Shown here: positions 51,269 to 61,424 of the stretch, piece by piece
Numbering within the stretch: the first letter of the stretch is position 1
Layout of the letters: each line of letters starts with the position of its first letter
Sequence record: PP456879.1
DNA: 64,000 nucleotides
Strand: one strand, 5' to 3'
Program-made: the position numbers and the translations under genes
The notes under the pieces: generated by a model
Databases searched by the model: none
Told to the model about the DNA's origin: nothing
What the model saw: the letters and a program-made list of their open reading frames with translations, nothing else

Positions 51269-51320
51269 TGTATTACTCCTTTTTTACAATATTTGATTAA
51301 ACTATACATTACTCATAAAT

Positions 51321-51342
51321 AAGCCCCTCCGAAGAGGGGCTT
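51321..51342 (-). terminator. Hairpin terminator (cUUCGg)
   Basis: AAGCCCCTC-cgaa-GAGGGGCTT. Confidence 0.85.
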
Positions 51343-51348
51343 TCATGC

Positions 51349-53514
51349 TTATTTGATAAGCTTAAGTAGAACAGCATTATCAACAAGAGCGCCACGAATA
51401 ACTTGTAGATAAGATCCATCAGCAGTGATAATGTACATTTTGTGGGTACGTGCATCATCTGAATCTTTAGAGCTATTTAGACGCTTTGCCATTCCCATGA
51501 TTACTTGAGTAATCTTAGGTTCAGTAAGTTTACTGATAAGCACTGCTTTCTCGGTATAAATATTTAGGCAGGATAGTTCCTCAAGGCGCCAGCCAGTTTG
51601 GAAACGCACTGATAGATCTAGAATAGAATTACCTTCTTCTGGATCAATATTAACACACATACTCCGTCCAACAATAAACGGAATACTAGCGGTAAATTTA
51701 TCAGCTACTGACTTACCCTTCTTACCGATCAGATATGCGATAAGGTCACCGATATCTTCACAGAAGTCATCAATGGTTACCTTCTGACTCATTGAATCAG
51801 CCAGGAACTCATTAACTGCACTGGTGAGCCTTTCAACTAGGAACCGATAGTAGCGTTGAGCCAGCTTACCATCTAGCATTAGTTGCTTAAGGCGCTTTGC
51901 AATTAGATGCGGATCGGGTTCTTTTCGAATATCCTCGATCTCATACATGACTTCAGTTGAAGCATCAAATGGATGGGATGATGCTGCGCGATACTCATGT
52001 GCTGGAACTACATCATCTTCGCTTAGCTCAAGTGCTTCACGAACTGCATTGAGTGCACCAGCTTCTGCTTCAAGATTATTTGCACAAGCAATATAACCTT
52101 CTAGGATAACTGGATCATGTTCACGATTATCAGTTAACCCAGCATCATTTGGTGAAAACTCTTCGGCTACTTCTTTAACCGGTTTGGCATCACCCATAAT
52201 GGTAGATAGCTTATAACTGGTTGCAGTACGCGCACCACCACCACGATGTGCTTGACGACGGAGATCATCTTGAAGCTCATGCTTTAGATAATCCATTTCC
52301 ATGTGATTCTCCCACTTACGATATACTTCATGTACAGTGTTATCAGGCCATTTAGCAAGGAAGCGACAATATACTGCCGGATCCATTAGGATGCTGTATG
52401 GATTAGCTGAACTAGCAGTACGTACCCAATCAGGTTTATCTGCAACTAGATGAGCAGGTCGGATTTCAATGCCACCTGGATTATAGATAACATCCATCGG
52501 ACGATCTTTATTAATTACAAATCCATTGGGTACATAATAGTTCGGATCGAATACGAGTTCTTTCACATCTTGAGGGATGGGTAGATCCGTATTATCATTA
52601 GTTACAGTATTTGCATTTTGTTGTAGTTCAGGTAGAATCATTACATCACCTCCACCAGGGATTGTATCATAACTACTATTTGGAGATACTTCAACAGTGG
52701 CACCCCAAGAGTCTTTAGGTTGCATGACTGGTTTGTTTTCCAGGAAAGGAGAAGAACCAGGTACGTCATATGCAGCATTTGCAATTGATGGACCAGTGTC
52801 ATGATTAGTTGTTGGTGTATATGCCCCTGGAATGTTCAGCTGCGGATTAGCCATGGTAGCCGGTTGACCATAGGTCTGTTGGATACCTGCGTTAATTGGA
52901 GGTAGTTGTGAACTCATGCCAGGACGACCCATTGCTGCACCCATCCCAGGGAAACTTCCAGGCTGTACACCAGGTTGTTGATATCCACCCTGCATCATGG
53001 TGTTACCACCCATACGCATCTTTTGGATATCTGATTCAATCTGCCCGATTACACCAAGTGCCTGTTGGATATTCGGCATTAGATGTTGAACTAGACTTTG
53101 TAGCTGCGGGAAGGTTTGAGCACATTTACCAACAAAACCAGACCATACTAGAGATGCAGCTTGCTGCATTGCCTGCTGTGGGTTATTCACCATTTGACGA
53201 TGAATAAATAGAAACTCTAGAAAGTCAATAACTTTCTGAGCCCACTGCTGATAATAGTTATTCTGAAAACCATTACTAGATAGCAGATTATACGCAAATG
53301 CATGAAGCTGGGTGGTAGTAGCAGCATTTTGAGCATTCAGCCGGAACAGCCCAATTACACCATTGAAATATGGTTGTAGTTGAGGATGTTGTTGATGTGG
53401 TGATAACTGTAGCGGTAGGCTAAACAGATAATTCCCATTAGGTAGGTTAGGATCGAAAGTACTGGTATCTACACTCTCAAAATCGACAGGTAGATTGTAC
53501 TGTGCATAGTTCAT
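51349..53514 (-). CDS. Large hypothetical protein with a Gln/Gly/Pro/Met-rich low-complexity region (gp124-like)
   Basis: 721-aa ORF co-transcribed with the nvRNAP subunit gene. Confidence 0.85.
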   Translation of the reverse strand: MNYAQYNLPVDFESVDTSTFDPNLPNGNYLFSLPLQLSPHQQHPQLQPYFNGVIGLFRLNAQNAATTTQLHAFAYNLLSSNGFQNNYYQQWAQKVIDFLEFLFIHRQMVNNPQQAMQQAASLVWSGFVGKCAQTFPQLQSLVQHLMPNIQQALGVIGQIESDIQKMRMGGNTMMQGGYQQPGVQPGSFPGMGAAMGRPGMSSQLPPINAGIQQTYGQPATMANPQLNIPGAYTPTTNHDTGPSIANAAYDVPGSSPFLENKPVMQPKDSWGATVEVSPNSSYDTIPGGGDVMILPELQQNANTVTNDNTDLPIPQDVKELVFDPNYYVPNGFVINKDRPMDVIYNPGGIEIRPAHLVADKPDWVRTASSANPYSILMDPAVYCRFLAKWPDNTVHEVYRKWENHMEMDYLKHELQDDLRRQAHRGGGARTATSYKLSTIMGDAKPVKEVAEEFSPNDAGLTDNREHDPVILEGYIACANNLEAEAGALNAVREALELSEDDVVPAHEYRAASSHPFDASTEVMYEIEDIRKEPDPHLIAKRLKQLMLDGKLAQRYYRFLVERLTSAVNEFLADSMSQKVTIDDFCEDIGDLIAYLIGKKGKSVADKFTASIPFIVGRSMCVNIDPEEGNSILDLSVRFQTGWRLEELSCLNIYTEKAVLISKLTEPKITQVIMGMAKRLNSSKDSDDARTHKMYIITADGSYLQVIRGALVDNAVLLKLIK

Positions 53515-53549
53515 GTGAATAATACCTATTAAGTAGTTAAAGATTTAAT

Positions 53550-55181
53550 TTATTTTGCACGGAACATTAATTGAGCGTTGTCAATTATTTCACGCACTTC
53601 TTCACGACGTTCAACTAGTCCAGTTGGACCCACTTTGGTATACATATTAAGCCTACCTCGACCATCCGGGTTGTTCTTAGGTTGGTTTTTATATTGACCT
53701 ACCTCAGCAATAGATGCGTGAATAATCCTAGATGAGTCATTGATTAGAGACTTATTATGAGCCTTAGCTGTTTTAGCGCGATCCTGTGTAACTAGGATAG
53801 ATGTCCCTTTAATCAACATACTGGAGTTTGGATTACTCATTGTATCGAGTTCACCATGGTCCACTGTTAATCGTTTAATAGCTGTCTGTAGTTTAAAAGA
53901 ACGTTTTAAACCTTCGTTTAGCTCTTGTACAGTCCATTCACGATCACGCCTAGACTGGAACATATAACCAAACATACTTACAGCATAGTTAAACTCTGAC
54001 ATCAAGTAATGCAGTACTGTTAACCTTTTACCATACATACTAGTTTCATCAATATCAGTAGCATAAAGATGATGAGCCAAACTAGTCATGATCTCGTAAA
54101 GAAGTTCCCAAATAGTACTTACATTGACACCAACTGTTTTAAGTTCTTCAATAGTCATTTCGTCTAGTGAATTACAGAAACTGTGTAGGTGTGAATCAAT
54201 GTTTTCCTCTACTTTACCTTGGTGCTCAAAATCACCAAACACCATGTGACCTAGGATAACACGCCATAAGTTGGTACTATCTACATATTCAGGTCGAGTA
54301 AACCGCATTGGAAATGCATCGACCACATACCAGAAACCAGCGATAAGTCGTGTGGCAAAAATAGATTCTTGATGACGAGGTATAACAAGAACCATTTCAC
54401 CGGTGGGATGTTTGCCTTTTAATGTTGCACTGGAATAAATATTCCACTTTTCACGTGGATATTCTTCTTCAGGAAAATCAGACAGCAGTCCACACTTAAC
54501 ATCTACATTAGCCCATTGTTTGAAAGTTTGAGTTACTCCAAACTGACAGAAGAAATAATGAGCTAAACATGACTCAATATGTGGTCGATTATCCAGATCT
54601 CGTTTAGTACGCTTAGCCATTTCATTGTGAATCTGTGACCAGATCACATACATGATTTTACGCTGACCATTGCACATGTAATGGTGGTCAGTTTGTTTAA
54701 AGGTTAGCTTAGTACGACGAAACGGGATGAAGATGCTATCATTAAGTACAGAGAACCCAACATCAGTTAATACTGGTGAACCGATATATTTCGCACCATT
54801 GATAGTTACCATATTGCCTCTCTTAAAAGCTGGTAACAACATTGGACGAGGATAAAGCATTTCCCCTTTATAACTAAACATTAGGTCAATCATGTACATG
54901 TCAGTTGGAGCAATATTGGCAATACGCTTAGCATTATATTCCCGAGTAATCTCTTCAAAATGCTTAAGCGGTGTACATGCACGATTGCCTTCATATTTGA
55001 AGCCATCGGGAAATAGAACTGAACTGATATCAAATAAAGAATCAATATAACGCCTGGTCATATTAACACCAGTATTTGGATCACGAGTCATGGTGTGTTC
55101 GACTGTGATACCATTTGCTAGTGTTGGATTCATGCAAGGCGTATTTTCACGAATCTTTTCAATTAGAAATGGATCCGGCAT
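53550..55181 (-). CDS. gp123: Non-virion RNA polymerase beta subunit, N-terminal part
   Basis: 543 aa; start MPDPFLIEKIRENTPCMNP and C-terminal IHASIAEVGQY...PDGRGRLN (beta D region); position relative to MCP. Confidence 0.85.
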   Translation of the reverse strand: MPDPFLIEKIRENTPCMNPTLANGITVEHTMTRDPNTGVNMTRRYIDSLFDISSVLFPDGFKYEGNRACTPLKHFEEITREYNAKRIANIAPTDMYMIDLMFSYKGEMLYPRPMLLPAFKRGNMVTINGAKYIGSPVLTDVGFSVLNDSIFIPFRRTKLTFKQTDHHYMCNGQRKIMYVIWSQIHNEMAKRTKRDLDNRPHIESCLAHYFFCQFGVTQTFKQWANVDVKCGLLSDFPEEEYPREKWNIYSSATLKGKHPTGEMVLVIPRHQESIFATRLIAGFWYVVDAFPMRFTRPEYVDSTNLWRVILGHMVFGDFEHQGKVEENIDSHLHSFCNSLDEMTIEELKTVGVNVSTIWELLYEIMTSLAHHLYATDIDETSMYGKRLTVLHYLMSEFNYAVSMFGYMFQSRRDREWTVQELNEGLKRSFKLQTAIKRLTVDHGELDTMSNPNSSMLIKGTSILVTQDRAKTAKAHNKSLINDSSRIIHASIAEVGQYKNQPKNNPDGRGRLNMYTKVGPTGLVERREEVREIIDNAQLMFRAK

Positions 55182-55190
55182 TATAAACTC

Positions 55191-56273
55191 CTAAACTTTT
55201 GGCAAAATTAAATCCATCAGTGAACCTACAATTTTAATGGATGATACTAGATCAGAGGCAATGGAGTTTAGATCACCCCATTTTAGACCATGAATCAATA
55301 CAACATCTTTTGGTTTGAATTCTTTATCAAACGTACCAGCTGCTTTTTCCTGGGCTTCCCTTTCCTTAATATCAGCCGCTGTTAAGAGTGCAGTCTTAAG
55401 ACGTTCAATAACTTTCTTATCTTTAATTCCAACCATTGCAGCAGCTTCTTCATGTGTTCTAAAGAAACCATTTTCATGGAACTGTTCAGGAGGTATTACA
55501 TATCTCTTTTCGCCATTATGACTAATACATCCATGCTTACCACGGATATTAACAATAAGACCAGGATCTAATGATGGATTGTAGATTGACTCAATGGCCA
55601 TAATTCTGCCAGCCATTACATAAAACAATTTATCTGGTTTATTGATGTCAGTATTATACGTTAAAGAATATGTTTCATTCCATACTTGATTAGAAAGTGC
55701 TTCTTCTTCTGGACTAAGTCCGCTGTAACCAGGAGGACTAATATTTCTATTTGGATAAAATTCAAAATACTGACTATACTCAGTTTTAAATACTTGGATA
55801 CCTAAACTCTGAATCCAACCACCATGATACTGATCTACTAGTTTTGATAAGTCAATTGAATACCAAATAGTAATCTCAGATAGCTGGTTATTAAACTGAT
55901 CGAATGTCTGTCGACTAAATGACTGAATATATTCTAACATTTCCTCAGGTGTAAAACCTGGAATAGATTTAGCCATAACTTCATAGTTAAAACTATCATC
56001 ACCACTCCATCGGTAAATGACCTTAACTACTAGTCTATTAGACATTACATACTTACGGGATGTCCCAATATTGATAGCGTGACCAGATGAATCGACTACA
56101 GTAATACGATGAAATGATTCATTCCGATACTCAACAAAACGTGAGACAGGGAGATTCCAATTAGCGTATGGATCACCCTTAGTGTATGCAGTTCCCGATT
56201 TCTTATCATACGGGTGATCGATAGTAGGCTTAACTGATACTTGAGTAAGCCCCGCAATTTTTAGTGTTACCAT
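55191..56273 (-). CDS. Hypothetical protein (gp122-like)
   Basis: 360-aa ORF; start uncertain (44-nt overlap with the upstream gene). Confidence 0.8.
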   Translation of the reverse strand: MVTLKIAGLTQVSVKPTIDHPYDKKSGTAYTKGDPYANWNLPVSRFVEYRNESFHRITVVDSSGHAINIGTSRKYVMSNRLVVKVIYRWSGDDSFNYEVMAKSIPGFTPEEMLEYIQSFSRQTFDQFNNQLSEITIWYSIDLSKLVDQYHGGWIQSLGIQVFKTEYSQYFEFYPNRNISPPGYSGLSPEEEALSNQVWNETYSLTYNTDINKPDKLFYVMAGRIMAIESIYNPSLDPGLIVNIRGKHGCISHNGEKRYVIPPEQFHENGFFRTHEEAAAMVGIKDKKVIERLKTALLTAADIKEREAQEKAAGTFDKEFKPKDVVLIHGLKWGDLNSIASDLVSSIKIVGSLMDLILPKV

Positions 56274-56682
56274 TGAAATCTACCTTAATCACAACGGCCT
56301 CCAAATCTACAATGTTGGGGAGCCTCTTTTTAGTTTGATGTACGGACCTTCCCTTAAAGGATTCACTCTTTTCCTTATTACTTGATTTCTGCCATTTATG
56401 CGGGTCACTCGAACAATATAACTTTTCGGTGGCCCGCTTAAACTGTTTTTCTTGAAGGATCTCCTCAATGTTTTTCTTGGCATAATCAGTAATAAAGTCC
56501 TCTAGCCCTTTGGGCATAAAGGCATCCTGAACAGGATGGAATTCTTCAAAGAAAGTATTAATGTATTTATCATCATCTACGGTAGACATCTTATTATCTA
56601 CCATGGTATTTTTTTCTATAAGAGATACCCTTAGGGCATCTTGCCATCTTTCGATGACTTCTGGAAATAATTGAACGTTCAT
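56230..56682 (-). CDS. Hypothetical early protein
   Basis: 150-aa ORF behind an early promoter. Confidence 0.75.
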   Translation of the reverse strand: MNVQLFPEVIERWQDALRVSLIEKNTMVDNKMSTVDDDKYINTFFEEFHPVQDAFMPKGLEDFITDYAKKNIEEILQEKQFKRATEKLYCSSDPHKWQKSSNKEKSESFKGRSVHQTKKRLPNIVDLEAVVIKVDFNGNTKNCGAYSSIS

Positions 56683-56723
56683 TTGGATTAACCTATTTTT
56701 AAATTAGAAGATCATGATCATTA

Positions 56724-56759
56724 CTGTAATATAGATCTTAAACTTTTTTTAATGTAATA
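56724..56759 (-). promoter_or_regulatory. phiKZ-type early promoter
   Basis: TATATTAC at 56726-56733; 35/36 nt identical to 5017-5052. Confidence 0.8.
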
Positions 56760-56768
56760 CAACATAAA

Positions 56769-56788
56769 GCCCTCCCCGAAGGGAGGGC
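56769..56788 (-). terminator. MCP operon terminator (cUUCGg)
   Basis: GCCCTCCC-cgaa-GGGAGGGC, ~90 nt past the MCP TGA but 9 nt past the in-frame TAA. Confidence 0.9.
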
Positions 56789-56797
56789 CTATGTCTG

Positions 56798-56878
56798 TTA
56801 CTCTTCTAACTTCCGGGCATTACCGTCTTCCAAATAACGGATAGTCCCATTTTCTAGATAACGGTAACCCTTTCCAGC
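56798..56878 (-). other. In-frame 26-codon extension after the MCP UGA (candidate readthrough domain)
   Basis: GCT GGA AAG GGT TAC CGT TAT CTA GAA AAT ... GAA GAG TAA = AGKGYRYLENGTIRYLEDGNARKLEE*. Confidence 0.65.
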
Positions 56879-59122
56879 TCACGGCTTAAGATCAGCAAGC
56901 TTACCGTTGAACTGAGTTTCGCCCATGACTTTCTGGAAGCCAGTGATCTTGAACTCTAGCGCGAACGGAATGTTGTTGACGTGTAGGTTGAACGGAATGG
57001 CCGCGATTTCGCGAGTAACCTGGTGACCACCACGAGTGATCGGTAGGTCAGCGATAACAGTAGATACGTAGAAGAACTGGCCCCAGGAGAGGATGTCGTT
57101 TTCTTGTTGTACTGCGCGGGTCGGAATTACAACTAGCTTACCATCAAATAGCTGGTTGTTGGTGGAAACGATATCGTACTTGAGATAAGCACCTAGAGTA
57201 CGGTCGTCACCTTTAGTCATTAGATAGTTAGCAATCTCTTTGTCGGAGCAGAAGAGATACATCGGAGTTTCATCCTGGTTACCGGAGATAACACGGAAGG
57301 CAGCTTCAATGTTGGAATCACGGTGAGCCGGGAATAGCTCAGCTTTAACACAGTTTAGGATCGCAGCGCAAACGTCGTCCCAACGATCTTTAGACTTGAT
57401 GGTGTCGATGACTTTCTCAAGATCTAGTTCTTTGTAACGATAGGTCGGACGCATTACAGCGGATAGTGCACCTTCGATGATACCAAACTTCGGACGGTTG
57501 TAACCATTGTGTACAACTTCACGTAGTTGAGCAAGGTAGTTAAGCATGCGCTTAACAGCGTTGTTGCTGTTACGGATGTTGGTGTTAACAGTTAGAGCTT
57601 TAACAACCTCACCCGGACCTTCATCGGTCATGGTGTCCATCGGTAGAGTTACAGGAGCGTGCATCGGGATCGGATGACGGAACTGTAGTGCACGGGTCTG
57701 TAGTAGGTGACCACGCTGACGACGGTTAGTGTTGGTGAAGCGAGTATCTAGTTCGAAACCGATAACAGCTAGGTCAGTTAGCTGATCTAGAATAGCTTTA
57801 ACAGCCGGGTCAGCATTATCCATTACCTGGCCATCTTCGTTTAGAACTTTATCGACGTAAGTGTCGGTAGCACCAAACTTAGTATCGCCTTTGGATAGGC
57901 TGATAGTACCACCAAAACCAACGCTTAGACGTAGGCTTAGTTTAGCAGTCTTAAGGTCGTTAATAACGCCATCAGCTGAACCGTCGATGAAAGTGGTATC
58001 GCCACTAACAACAAGGTCATCGCTATCGAAACGGATAACTGCGTTCCGGGTATCACCAACTAGATCGGGCTGGAACACAGCGCGAGGTAGACGGTCAACC
58101 TTGAACTTAACAACTTTACCGCCGAGTAGAACGAATAGGTTCTTTAGACGACCAGCCGGATCAATGGTGTCAGAAACTTCAAGCATGCCACGCTGAATGA
58201 GTAGGTTAGCATTGGAGTTACCCATTAGATCAAGACGTACGTTCGCTTTTAGCGGAGCAGTAGTGATAGTTAGGTTCTGCTCGTTCTTGATGGTGTACGG
58301 AGGAACAAGAGCCGGGTCTACGAAGAAGTCAGCATTGGAACCAGCCGGATCTAGGGCAGGAATTAGTGCAATGCTTTCGTCGTCGAGGATGGAAGGATCA
58401 CGATAGGCTTCTACCATGTTCACTTCTTCGTTATCCATCTTAACGCCGGATACTTCGTGGTAAACGTCTTTCATTACAGCGATGTAAGGAAGAACCTGAA
58501 CAACACCACCTTCAATCGGGTTGATAACGGTGGTCGGATAGATACGCTCAGCGAATTCATCCTGACGGCTAGCAGCTAGGTTATAACCAATAGTTACAAC
58601 ACGGAAATCACGCTGTGACTTCTCGTTATAGTTCTCTAGGCCAACACCATTTTCGAATACTTGAATGCCACCAGCAGGGCCATTGAACTGATGCTGTACA
58701 ACCTTAACATGATCTTCATTAGAAGCTTTAGCTTTGGTAATACCACGTAGTGCACGGATATATTTAGTTTCATCAGCACAGGCGATAGCAGCCATGGTAG
58801 CAGCAGTGATTTGGTTCTCACGGACACGTTCTTCACGAGCACGTACTTGAGGATCACTGGAACTTACTCGTTCGAAACCATAGTCGTTAACGAGCATTTG
58901 CATTTTGTTATAAATTGCAGCGGCATCTTGAATGTCGGTAGCTTGCACGGTACCGAAGTTTTCATGTGAAATGCTGCTAATAAGGGAACGACCTTGACTA
59001 ACAACGCTGTCATTTAGACCAATTTCACTTTCTAGGCGGCCAATGAAATCTTCCATTGAGAAGACTTCGTAATTCTTTTCGCCTTTGTGTTTAAACAGTT
59101 CTCTTAGGGCATGTACGCTCAT
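56879..59122 (-). CDS. gp120: Major capsid protein
   Basis: 747 aa; GLE/NYNEKSQRDF propeptide cleavage region; strongly biased codon usage; size and synteny of phiKZ gp120. Confidence 0.92.
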   Translation of the reverse strand: MSVHALRELFKHKGEKNYEVFSMEDFIGRLESEIGLNDSVVSQGRSLISSISHENFGTVQATDIQDAAAIYNKMQMLVNDYGFERVSSSDPQVRAREERVRENQITAATMAAIACADETKYIRALRGITKAKASNEDHVKVVQHQFNGPAGGIQVFENGVGLENYNEKSQRDFRVVTIGYNLAASRQDEFAERIYPTTVINPIEGGVVQVLPYIAVMKDVYHEVSGVKMDNEEVNMVEAYRDPSILDDESIALIPALDPAGSNADFFVDPALVPPYTIKNEQNLTITTAPLKANVRLDLMGNSNANLLIQRGMLEVSDTIDPAGRLKNLFVLLGGKVVKFKVDRLPRAVFQPDLVGDTRNAVIRFDSDDLVVSGDTTFIDGSADGVINDLKTAKLSLRLSVGFGGTISLSKGDTKFGATDTYVDKVLNEDGQVMDNADPAVKAILDQLTDLAVIGFELDTRFTNTNRRQRGHLLQTRALQFRHPIPMHAPVTLPMDTMTDEGPGEVVKALTVNTNIRNSNNAVKRMLNYLAQLREVVHNGYNRPKFGIIEGALSAVMRPTYRYKELDLEKVIDTIKSKDRWDDVCAAILNCVKAELFPAHRDSNIEAAFRVISGNQDETPMYLFCSDKEIANYLMTKGDDRTLGAYLKYDIVSTNNQLFDGKLVVIPTRAVQQENDILSWGQFFYVSTVIADLPITRGGHQVTREIAAIPFNLHVNNIPFALEFKITGFQKVMGETQFNGKLADLKP

Positions 59123-59194
59123 TTTTTATTCCTACGTAGGATGAGTTTTTGGTTTAAAAATTTGGGTCTACTAAGCATCTTTTCCGGAATCAAC

Positions 59195-59728
59195 CTAGCA
59201 GCTCTCCAAATAATAGGTAAAAATTTGTGTTGACGCCACGGATTCACGTGGGCGGGTGTTCAACATTTCATTTATCATACTATCAAAGAAAGTATGGTTA
59301 AGTTGAATTGAGACACGTCTAGGATCGCTACTTGCAATGTGCGCACTCTGCTGCACCGCAACCCACAGATTCTCATCTACAGGATATAGGTAATAATCGT
59401 ACACTAAATTACGGTTACCTGCATCCCTAAGTTCATTAGTCGCTAGGCGGCTCTCTAAACGATTGTGTAAATCCTTCATCTTAAATTGTTCAGGACCGTC
59501 TATTTCACCTAACTCAGCAACTTTGATTATCGGGCTTACTGCTAACTTAATATCTAGTTTTTCTGGTAATAGAAAGGGGAAAGCAGTTAAAGCCTGATGT
59601 ATCTCCGCAAGATCATTTACGGAGGTTTCGGAAACTATATAGTTGGTGTCTAACAATTTGTTAAATTGTACACCTGCTGTTTTATATGATTCAAAAACAG
59701 CTTTTGGCATAACCAGAACTTGGGTCAT
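59195..59728 (-). CDS. Minor capsid/virion protein (gp119-like)
   Basis: 177-aa ORF heading the MCP operon. Confidence 0.75.
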   Translation of the reverse strand: MTQVLVMPKAVFESYKTAGVQFNKLLDTNYIVSETSVNDLAEIHQALTAFPFLLPEKLDIKLAVSPIIKVAELGEIDGPEQFKMKDLHNRLESRLATNELRDAGNRNLVYDYYLYPVDENLWVAVQQSAHIASSDPRRVSIQLNHTFFDSMINEMLNTRPRESVASTQIFTYYLESC

Positions 59729-59770
59729 TGTGAAAGTACCTATATTGTAACTTTAGGCTTTTGGGAACTG

Positions 59771-59800
59771 TCTACATAGCAATATAGCAAATACATTCAC
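59771..59800 (-). promoter_or_regulatory. Late promoter (TATG, +1 G at 59775) of the gp119-MCP operon
   Basis: Minus GCTATATTGCTATGTAGACAG, matching the phiKZ P119L late promoter as I recall it. Confidence 0.75.
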
Positions 59801-59867
59801 TAAAATTACTAGCTATCTAAATGATACACTGTACATCTCTTAATTTCACAATTGGAAATCTATAAAA

Positions 59868-61415
59868 ATGTCAAGTCCAAAACAATTACTCGTTTCATGT
59901 ATCACTCTATTATGTTTAGAAAATCGAGAAGATTCTCCAGTGGAACCATCCAATGAATTGGTTACTGAGATTCTTGATACTCTAAATGATAAGGGTGGTA
60001 CATTAGATGTAGATCATGGTCGACAAACATTTTTAGATCTTCGTAATCTACTAGTGGATCTAAATAAGAAACAGAAAGCATATTTCCCAGCTACCCAACA
60101 GGTATTACAATCACTACAAGTATGTTGTCGTGAAGAAAGTTATCTATACGATGCTGTTAAAAATGCAGTAGAAGAAGAATTTCCAAATGGCATGGCATTA
60201 GCCATGCGTGTAACTTCATATCGTCGTGATCTAAATAGCTACTTAGCTGATGAGAAGGTAAAAGCTATTGTAAAAGAATGTTCATCAAAAATTCTTTTCA
60301 ATAGAGGCTCTGCTGATATTCCGGCAATCATTAATGAAATGGCAACCAGAGCTGACCCATATATTCGCGCGCGTGCTGAAGAGAAACACCCAGCTGAAAT
60401 GGGTGCACTTGATTTTGGTAATTTAGATTCTATTGAAGGCTTCTTTGAGGAAGCTAAAACTATTCTTTCCCCAAATGGTGCTTTCCGTACTGGATGGAAA
60501 GGTTTTAACAGGATGCTTGGTGATCTGGGTGCATTAAAACGTGGTGAATTTATTATCGGTGGTGGCCTACAACATCAATATAAATCTGGCGTTTCTATGA
60601 GTCTATTTTGCCATGTGTGTCTATTTAATAAACCATACATGCGTGATATCAATAAGAAACCATTAGTAATGTTTATTACTCTTGAGAATGAGATTCCGGA
60701 TAACCTTATTTTCATTTATGAGTATATTTACGAAAATGAAACAGGTATCAAGGTAGATCGTAGTTCTATTAGTAAAGCTGAAGCAGCTGAATATGTATCA
60801 GCTCGTCTCCGTGAAAATGGTTTTGAACCAGTAATGTATCGTTTTGACCCAACTGAATTTACGATTGCTGGTTTAGTTAACTACCTAGATACATATCAAG
60901 CACGTGGTTATGAACTACAATATCTCTGTGTAGATTATCTAAACATGTTGCCTAAAACTGGATTAGTGACCAGTGTAGCAGGTGATGACGTTCGTCTCCT
61001 ATTTAGGCGAATGCGTAACTATACTGCACCACGTGGTATTACATTCTTTAGTCCGCATCAGTTAAGTTCTCAGGCATTAGAACTAATCAGAGATAATATC
61101 CCACCAGAAGACTTTGTTAAACAAGTTGCTAACAAAGGTTACTATGACGGTTGTCGCCGACTTGGACAAGAACCTGATCTGGAATTCTTCTTCCACATTG
61201 TTAAAGTAAGTGGTAAGTATTATCTAACCGTACAACGTGGTAAACACCGTAACGTTGTAAGTGATAGTAAGCATCACTATTTTGTTATGCCGTTTGATCC
61301 AGACCGTATCGGTGGCATTAGATGGGATATCGATAAAGAAGAAAACAATTACATGGATTTCGTACCAAGTCTTAGTAATATGCAAGCAACTGGTGGAGAT
61401 GACTGGGGATATTAA
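59868..61415 (+). CDS. dnaB: DnaB-like (SF4) replicative helicase (gp118-like)
   Basis: TGWKGFNRMLG..G...GEF, variant Walker A GLQHQYKS, ITLEN, Walker B LCVDYL, SPHQLS, QRGKHR. Confidence 0.88.
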   Translation: MSSPKQLLVSCITLLCLENREDSPVEPSNELVTEILDTLNDKGGTLDVDHGRQTFLDLRNLLVDLNKKQKAYFPATQQVLQSLQVCCREESYLYDAVKNAVEEEFPNGMALAMRVTSYRRDLNSYLADEKVKAIVKECSSKILFNRGSADIPAIINEMATRADPYIRARAEEKHPAEMGALDFGNLDSIEGFFEEAKTILSPNGAFRTGWKGFNRMLGDLGALKRGEFIIGGGLQHQYKSGVSMSLFCHVCLFNKPYMRDINKKPLVMFITLENEIPDNLIFIYEYIYENETGIKVDRSSISKAEAAEYVSARLRENGFEPVMYRFDPTEFTIAGLVNYLDTYQARGYELQYLCVDYLNMLPKTGLVTSVAGDDVRLLFRRMRNYTAPRGITFFSPHQLSSQALELIRDNIPPEDFVKQVANKGYYDGCRRLGQEPDLEFFFHIVKVSGKYYLTVQRGKHRNVVSDSKHHYFVMPFDPDRIGGIRWDIDKEENNYMDFVPSLSNMQATGGDDWGY

Positions 61416-61424
61416 CAACATAAA

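Noticed and set aside
56820-56882. GTG-started 20-codon ORF (MSWKGLPLSRKWDYPLFGRR) overlapping the MCP stop
   Set aside because: It has no SD and no recognisable motif; the conserved RYLENG signal is in the MCP frame, not this one.
57861-58857. Antisense and alternate-frame ORFs in the MCP gene
   Set aside because: Strong codon bias suppresses stops on the opposite strand; there are no independent signals.
56879-59122. Heavy CTA (Leu) usage in the MCP gene
   Set aside because: It is plausibly ordinary adaptation of a highly expressed gene to the available tRNA pool, and I cannot quantify it without computation.
53550-61415. Introns or inteins in RNAP, MCP or helicase genes
   Set aside because: The ORFs are continuous and of the expected sizes, with no intein (C...HN) ends or homing endonuclease motifs visible.
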